Shown piece by piece: positions 58,630 through 64,000 of a stretch of DNA of 64,000 nt. Source of the stretch: a virus; the UHGV virus genome UHGV-0020835. The stretch is one strand, 5' to 3'. Every line of letters starts with the position of its first letter. Position 1 is the first letter of the stretch. Under the pieces are notes generated by a model, which was given only the letters and a program-made list of their open reading frames with translations, made no database searches and was not told the origin of the DNA. A program made the translations under genes and the position numbers.

Positions 58630-60198
58630 TTACTTGTTTTCAAGTTTTTCCCAAATACTATTGGGGTCAGAATGTTTGATGACCTTGGGCATAGCAAAAC
58701 TAAATACACCCTTATCATCTTTCTTAATGTTTTTCTTTACTTCGCTAAAGCAAGTGGCCTTGACCTTGTTGCTCCAAGCATCAATATCATTTTCGCCACA
58801 AGATAGACCCTCGGCCTTAAAGTCTGCAAATTGCTCATCATTGATATAAGTACGAACTTCCTCCATAACGCTATCCACACGGCAAGCCATTTCCTTGGCA
58901 ACAACAGCAGCTTTATAAGCCCGTAGTTCTTCAAGCTCAGCGTCTTTGTCCATGATGATGTGGTCACGTTCCTCAACGCTCTTTTCAAGCTCGGCAATCT
59001 TGGCTATCATCTCGTCCTCAGACATTTTGGTGGGTTCCTCTTCAGGCTCGTCCTCGTCCTCATCGTCCTTGTCATCAGATTCATCATCCTCGACCTTTTC
59101 AGACTCAGCACACTCAACCTTTTCGCCCTCTACTATCTCAGCAGAAGTTTCGCCCATCTCAGCAGTTTCCTCTTTGGCTTCTTCAGGTTCAGAGGCCATA
59201 GTCTGTTCGGTCTCATTAAATTCAACCTTTTCGCTCATCTTTTCCTCCTTCCCCTCAGTATCGTCCAAGTTCAGTTTCTTATAAATCTTTTCAATTTTAT
59301 TTACAACGGTAGTCTCGTTCTCTTTCTTAGCATAACCAAGAGCAGAGGCAAGGCCGTCCCGGTTGTATACAAAAGTGTCACCTTTAAGTTCCATAACTGG
59401 ATACTTTAGATGTTCAGAGGGAGCTTCTTCCCAACCATCTTCGACAAGCATATAGACAGCCTTAACAAGGGTAGCCTTGTTGCTGGCCTCCATAATCTTA
59501 TCTCTCATGGCCGTTTTATCCACTTCGCCCCATGCCTTTTCAGACATAGCCTCTTTGGATTTATCAATCTTATAAGTCTTAGCCATACTTTCAATACGCT
59601 CCTTGGCAAACTTTTTCAAGGGGGTGAGATTATGTTTAGTCATTTTGTTAAAATAAGCGTCTGCATCTTCTTGAGAAAATCGAACCATAGTCATCATTGC
59701 ATCTGGGCAACTGCCTTTTACACTTAACCCTAAACAAGTCAAACCATAAATATCAAAAGATTCAACCTCTCCTTCATCCGCATCGTCAACAACCTTGACC
59801 TTCATCTCAACTGAAGTATTCCGCAAATTCTGTAAATCGAAAATTTCATTAAATTCTTGGCCATATTGTTTACTAATTACACAATACGCCCAAGCTTTTA
59901 CAATCCCATCATCAGTATCTTCAAACTCAACATCTTGTTCTTTTGGGAAATAGCCATATACCACCTCTGAAGGCAAATGCGTACTGGCATCTCCATATTG
60001 CAGCTTTGCGACAAGAAAACTACCTAAAATTGTTTGTGCGTCTCGTTTGAGCACAGCAGGAGAAATGTCAAGATTGTGAGAATTTTTCGCGGAAGATAAG
60101 AAACACGCTTTAAAAACAGTAAACTTATCCTCATCGTAACCCTCAAGCCACTCAGGCAAAACTTCATCCATTTGAAAATTTACTTTCTTTTCCAACAT
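58630..60198 (-). CDS. putative prohead protease / scaffolding protein
   Basis: 522 aa with an extremely acidic EEE/DDD-rich central region and a coiled-coil C-terminal half. Lies between the portal and capsid genes. Confidence 0.4.
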   Translation of the reverse strand: MLEKKVNFQMDEVLPEWLEGYDEDKFTVFKACFLSSAKNSHNLDISPAVLKRDAQTILGSFLVAKLQYGDASTHLPSEVVYGYFPKEQDVEFEDTDDGIVKAWAYCVISKQYGQEFNEIFDLQNLRNTSVEMKVKVVDDADEGEVESFDIYGLTCLGLSVKGSCPDAMMTMVRFSQEDADAYFNKMTKHNLTPLKKFAKERIESMAKTYKIDKSKEAMSEKAWGEVDKTAMRDKIMEASNKATLVKAVYMLVEDGWEEAPSEHLKYPVMELKGDTFVYNRDGLASALGYAKKENETTVVNKIEKIYKKLNLDDTEGKEEKMSEKVEFNETEQTMASEPEEAKEETAEMGETSAEIVEGEKVECAESEKVEDDESDDKDDEDEDEPEEEPTKMSEDEMIAKIAELEKSVEERDHIIMDKDAELEELRAYKAAVVAKEMACRVDSVMEEVRTYINDEQFADFKAEGLSCGENDIDAWSNKVKATCFSEVKKNIKKDDKGVFSFAMPKVIKHSDPNSIWEKLENK

Positions 60199-60226
60199 CT
60201 CACCTCACTTCTTTATTAAGATTATA

Positions 60227-60406
60227 TCAAGACTCAGCAATGCCGAGTCTTTTTAACACCTTTTCAAGTCTGTTAGACTTCTTAAAATAAACGGCCCCAT
60301 TATCTATATAAGAGGGAGCAACACCGGCTTGATGAATAGCGAACGCCAAATCTTCATCAGCCATAAAATATTTACTCAGGTCGGATGGTGTATCTCTAAT
60401 AACCAT
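60227..60406 (-). CDS. small hypothetical protein (59 aa)
   Basis: ORF MVIRDTPSDLSKYFMADEDLAFAIHQAG... with a GGAGAA RBS. Its start overlaps the upstream stop (TAATG). Not in the ORF track. Confidence 0.3.
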   Translation of the reverse strand: MVIRDTPSDLSKYFMADEDLAFAIHQAGVAPSYIDNGAVYFKKSNRLEKVLKRLGIAES

Positions 60407-60939
60407 TACTTATTCTCCCCAAGAATCCAAAAATCAGGAATATCATGGTCATAGGCAGGGCTATCACCATAAATATCAATCTTATCACTAAGCAATATCA
60501 CTTGCTCTACAATTTTATTCACATCTTCTAACAAATCAAGCAAATCTGCGTAAACATGAATATCATTATTATCAACGGCGATTTTGGCACAACCCATCAT
60601 CATAGACTGGAACTCAATATTAACTTTTTCAAGGTCTTTAATAATCTCGATTACAGAACTATAATCTTGGCCACCTTCAGGTGTTGCCGCATAGTAAACA
60701 GGGATATTGTAACGCTCTAAACATTTCTCGCCAATCAAATCAGACAAAGCAGGATAATAATGAGCAATACCATGATGTACCAAATCAGCAGTTTGATTAT
60801 ATGCAAACTTAACGCCAAGAACACTAACCAATCTATCTAAGTGACGGTTCATCTTGAAGCACTCGCCAATAAGTTCTGTAACAGCGTTAATTGTATTTTG
60901 TGTCACTAACATATCTTTCACCTTCTTACTGGTCATCAT
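60406..60939 (-). CDS. hypothetical protein
   Basis: 177 aa. Confidence 0.35.
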   Translation of the reverse strand: MMTSKKVKDMLVTQNTINAVTELIGECFKMNRHLDRLVSVLGVKFAYNQTADLVHHGIAHYYPALSDLIGEKCLERYNIPVYYAATPEGGQDYSSVIEIIKDLEKVNIEFQSMMMGCAKIAVDNNDIHVYADLLDLLEDVNKIVEQVILLSDKIDIYGDSPAYDHDIPDFWILGENK

Positions 60940-62485
60940 TAAGTTCTGCCGAGTCAGATTTGTCTAATCTGTCTTTTTTGGGACGGCCACCTGTATCTCC
61001 ACCAGCCGTTGTGTTTGTGTTCAACATAAGCTGGCTATACTTATCAAGCCATCCACTATTCTTGCTGGCCATTAAGCTCTTCTCAAATACAACAGGATTC
61101 ATGCCAATCAAAGACGCATAAACAGAACTATCAAACACAAGTCCCTTATCGGCCAGTTTCATCACATCGTCAAATCTCTGTTGACGTTCACTGCGATAAG
61201 TAGAACCATTAAACACAAACTGCCACTTAAACTTCTTAGTAAGCTGATTGCCAAAGAAATTCATAAACTTACTAAACTGGTCATATAGAGGGCGCATAGT
61301 TTGATAAGTTTCGTTCTGTCCTGCCTCAATCTCGGCATTAGACATTCTATCAGAACTATAAATAACCCGACTTACATTACTACCAACACCAGCAGTAGAA
61401 CTTACCTGAGTGGTATACATTGAAGGGTTGCTATCGTTGTACTGGAAAAATTTATTGTCACTAGTAGGCATTGCCGCAACCTTAATTGTGTTGCCAAGAC
61501 CTTGTTTTACTTTAGACATAAAAGCACCCAATGTCTTGGGATCGATTGCAAACTGATTTTTCTGTGTACCAGACTTAGCATTATCGAACAGCTGAATGGC
61601 ACCAGCCAAAATACCATAAGCGGCATTTATGTCCTTATCCAACTGCAACTGCTGAACCTCATCATCAGTAATAGCGTTCTTTAGTAGAGGGGCAAGATAA
61701 GGTGTGGTATTAAAGTTGCTTAGGTTCAACTTAAATGCGAAGGCACCATCTGTAGGCGATGTCTGTGTCCACATAGCGTAAGTACCAACACGATCTGCAA
61801 ATGGGTTAGTAGGACGATAATCTTTGAAAGACTCATTTTCACTAAACACACGTTTATAATATCTCTTAAAAGCGGGGTCAAAACTGTCAATATCTACGCC
61901 CGGGTTCAAAAAATATTGCATATTAAAATCAAATAACGGCCCAACATCACTCATTGCGGTCATCATACAATAATCTTGAGGCAACATCTGTAACGCATAC
62001 CGCATCTGTCCCTTATTGCCCCACTTGGTTTTGCGCCACCAGCAATAATATACTTCATGCAACAAAACCTGTTCAACTACTTTTCTAAACTCGCCCTTAT
62101 AATCAAACTTTAGCAGAAAATCATCAATTCGCCGTTTATCGTCCTTATATGCCTTTGTATCGTAATCAGATTCATCGGCATTGATACAGACACATTGTAA
62201 GTCAAAAGCTAAAGCATTGGCATAATTCTTGACGGTTTTGGCAAAGACCATGTCAAAAACTGACATATATTCCATATAACTCTGAATGTTTTCTGCGTTA
62301 TTGCGATAATCAGACAACGCTTGCCTAACAGCCTTAGATGTAGCCTCTCTTGCATCATTATTAAGGTCTTGCAAAATAGCGTTGCTCAACCAAGGCGACC
62401 ATACATTATACATTTCACCATAAGCCAGCCCAGCCGCAAAATCAATAACATCTTGAACTTGGGGTTTGGTTAATTCTTCAGGCAT
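60926..62485 (-). CDS. putative portal protein
   Basis: 519 aa, directly downstream of the terminase gene. Confidence 0.45.
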   Translation of the reverse strand: MPEELTKPQVQDVIDFAAGLAYGEMYNVWSPWLSNAILQDLNNDAREATSKAVRQALSDYRNNAENIQSYMEYMSVFDMVFAKTVKNYANALAFDLQCVCINADESDYDTKAYKDDKRRIDDFLLKFDYKGEFRKVVEQVLLHEVYYCWWRKTKWGNKGQMRYALQMLPQDYCMMTAMSDVGPLFDFNMQYFLNPGVDIDSFDPAFKRYYKRVFSENESFKDYRPTNPFADRVGTYAMWTQTSPTDGAFAFKLNLSNFNTTPYLAPLLKNAITDDEVQQLQLDKDINAAYGILAGAIQLFDNAKSGTQKNQFAIDPKTLGAFMSKVKQGLGNTIKVAAMPTSDNKFFQYNDSNPSMYTTQVSSTAGVGSNVSRVIYSSDRMSNAEIEAGQNETYQTMRPLYDQFSKFMNFFGNQLTKKFKWQFVFNGSTYRSERQQRFDDVMKLADKGLVFDSSVYASLIGMNPVVFEKSLMASKNSGWLDKYSQLMLNTNTTAGGDTGGRPKKDRLDKSDSAELNDDQ

Positions 62486-62508
62486 TTGTCACACTCCTTT
62501 CTTTTAGA

Positions 62509-64000
62509 TTAAAAGACAAGTTGAATATTATCTATATCCAAGTCATCTTCTTGCATAGATTGGTTATATTTATTTTCAAGCTTACTGGCAATATAATTAC
62601 CGTAAGACAAACAAACAACACGGTCTTTTGTGCCACTACGAGGCTCTTTAAGGCGCACTCTGCCTTCCTTAAATTCAGCACTAAGATTGACCGCTTCAGT
62701 AATTAGCATATCAATCTGAGCATGAGGAGCCATAGCTTCGCCAAATTCTTCGCTGGTCATATCAAAATAAGAACCATTTTCTTCCAATTGCGTTTGTTTA
62801 TCTTGACTATTGATTAAAAACTTGATATTATTGCTGTCCAGTTGACGCCTTAATTCCATCCACATACTCGCATTGAGGTCGATTGTACCCACCATCGGAA
62901 TCATACAAGCTATTGCATTTTTATCAACAGTACGTTCTACAAGGTCTTGCAATTTATTGTCAGGCAATACTTGCAAATCTTTTTCGGTACTAATAGTTAA
63001 ACCATTAGTACGTCTATTACCAAAAGCCTTATCTGAATCCCACACCATAGTTGTTTTATTGTACAACGTCTCTCCACCTGAACGGAGATCTGGTATAAAA
63101 TAATCTGCTTGATAATCCCAGAACAATTCTCTGGCGCGGTCAGCAGACCCTAAACTATCGCTAGCTTCGTGACCTTCAATGTAATCTACATGACGTTCAA
63201 ACCGATTACCTTTCCAATGCAACGACATTAACAAAATAATTGTGTTGTCGTTCTTTTCTTTTGAAGTAGTATTGGCAAAAGCGTAGTCTGTCACAACCAG
63301 CCGTATTTCATTATTCTCTTTGGGCGAATTGTGCATATCTTTGTCAACATATAAATCAATTTCTGAAGGCGGATTAAAAGCGTTTTCAATTATTTGGTTA
63401 TTCTTAAAAGATTTATAAGCAAAAAAAGCATCTTCTGCCTCGCCGATAGCCTCGTTATATAATTCTTGACGAATAATCAGCTCAGAATCGTTCTTTAATG
63501 CTTCTAATAAATATTCTTCTGTCTTTAAGCCTTCTTCAATAACATTAAAGATATCAAAAGCAAAAACCTTATACGATACCCTGTGACTCATATAATACCC
63601 TGTTACACAGTTGGTAAAATCCCTATAGGCCCAGTCCGACTTAAATCGATTAGATGTAATGTATGTGGTCTTAGCCTGTTCAACCCATCGTTTCTGTTTC
63701 TTAAACTCATCGTTGGTTCGCATAAAATCAATTTGTCTGGGACGGCGCATAGGGTTAAAGACAGCAGAAATAATGTGTTTCTTTAACTGCATAGCCTCTT
63801 CAAGAATTAGCCAAGTGCATCTTTCGCCTCTCGCTGAATCTACCATCGGCAACACGCGAATACTTGACCCATTAAAAGGAAATAGCACAACAGCAACATC
63901 ATTATCTCTCTTAACCTGAATCATACCAAGTTCTAAGAAACGGCGCAAAACTTCTGAGTGTTTCATAATAATCTCATCACGAATCTTACGCTCAATCATC
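62509..64000 (-). CDS. putative terminase large subunit (N-terminus outside window)
   Basis: ORF open to the window edge. The C-terminal part contains an acidic-residue cluster VVTDYAFANT...MIPMVGTIDLN, consistent with a terminase nuclease domain. First gene of the head module. Confidence 0.45.
   Translation of the reverse strand, partial: MIERKIRDEIIMKHSEVLRRFLELGMIQVKRDNDVAVVLFPFNGSSIRVLPMVDSARGERCTWLILEEAMQLKKHIISAVFNPMRRPRQIDFMRTNDEFKKQKRWVEQAKTTYITSNRFKSDWAYRDFTNCVTGYYMSHRVSYKVFAFDIFNVIEEGLKTEEYLLEALKNDSELIIRQELYNEAIGEAEDAFFAYKSFKNNQIIENAFNPPSEIDLYVDKDMHNSPKENNEIRLVVTDYAFANTTSKEKNDNTIILLMSLHWKGNRFERHVDYIEGHEASDSLGSADRARELFWDYQADYFIPDLRSGGETLYNKTTMVWDSDKAFGNRRTNGLTISTEKDLQVLPDNKLQDLVERTVDKNAIACMIPMVGTIDLNASMWMELRRQLDSNNIKFLINSQDKQTQLEENGSYFDMTSEEFGEAMAPHAQIDMLITEAVNLSAEFKEGRVRLKEPRSGTKDRVVCLSYGNYIASKLENKYNQSMQEDDLDIDNIQLVF

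Noticed and set aside
60222-60249. Plus-strand-oriented hairpin with a T5 run (agactc...gagtct TTTTT) that looks like a terminator
   Set aside because: It lies inside the 3' end of a small minus-strand ORF (60227..60406), and all local genes are on the minus strand. It is not a terminator in the transcribed orientation.
1-64000. CRISPR arrays, tRNA genes, integrase/attachment sites and insertion sequences
   Set aside because: No direct-repeat/spacer arrays, no tRNA-like cloverleafs, no tyrosine or serine recombinase motifs, and no inverted-repeat-bounded transposase genes were seen. The mobile elements present are the intein, the introns and the homing-endonuclease genes.

Overview
The window is a gene-dense segment of a tailed phage or prophage. 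The backbone is AT-rich, and several near-consensus TTGACA-N17-TATAAT promoters carry an extended -10 TG, which suggests a low-GC Gram-positive host.

The plus-strand half (1..29056) is an early replication and nucleotide-metabolism module. It contains an SSB-like protein, a Sak4/RecA-like ATPase, a DnaB/gp4-type helicase, a DnaG-like primase and a RecJ-like DHH exonuclease. It also contains a DnaE-type Pol III alpha subunit, a Dam-like N6-adenine methyltransferase, a RecD-like helicase, the anaerobic ribonucleotide reductase NrdD with its activase NrdG, a ThyX-like protein and a dUTPase. An unusual early sub-module holds a small membrane protein, a Cys-rich peptide, a beta-CASP metallo-beta-lactamase-fold nuclease, a cysteine desulfurase and a zinc-ribbon protein. 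A multidomain cell-wall hydrolase sits in this early region rather than next to the holin.

The module carries a high load of selfish elements. The helicase is interrupted by an intein with LAGLIDADG motifs that appears to begin with Ala. recJ is split by a roughly 1 kb group I intron carrying a LAGLIDADG homing endonuclease. nrdD is split by an 816-nt group I intron carrying an HNH endonuclease, as in T4 nrdD. Two free-standing HNH-AP2 endonucleases are also present.

The minus-strand half (29149..64000) is the structural and lysis module. In transcription order it runs from a partial large terminase through portal, protease/scaffold, major capsid and major tail proteins, a RuvC-like resolvase, the tape measure protein and a 1336-aa fibre. 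It continues through baseplate and fibre proteins to XkdW/XkdX-like small proteins, a holin and an LRR surface protein.

The most striking feature is a sharply GC-rich island at about 40216..41300. It covers the C-terminal domain of the large fibre plus a second, GC-rich XkdW/XkdX-like pair that is homologous to the native AT-rich pair at 33292..33701. A putative PD-(D/E)xK homing endonuclease lies immediately next to it. This looks like a recently acquired receptor-binding and chaperone cassette.

Other points of interest are a poly-G9 tract at the 3' end of a tail gene with a plausible alternate-frame extension, inverted repeats that bracket two promoters and could hide a ribosome-binding site in read-through transcripts, and an RHR-to-RHH ThyX variant. 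No tRNA genes or CRISPR arrays were found.
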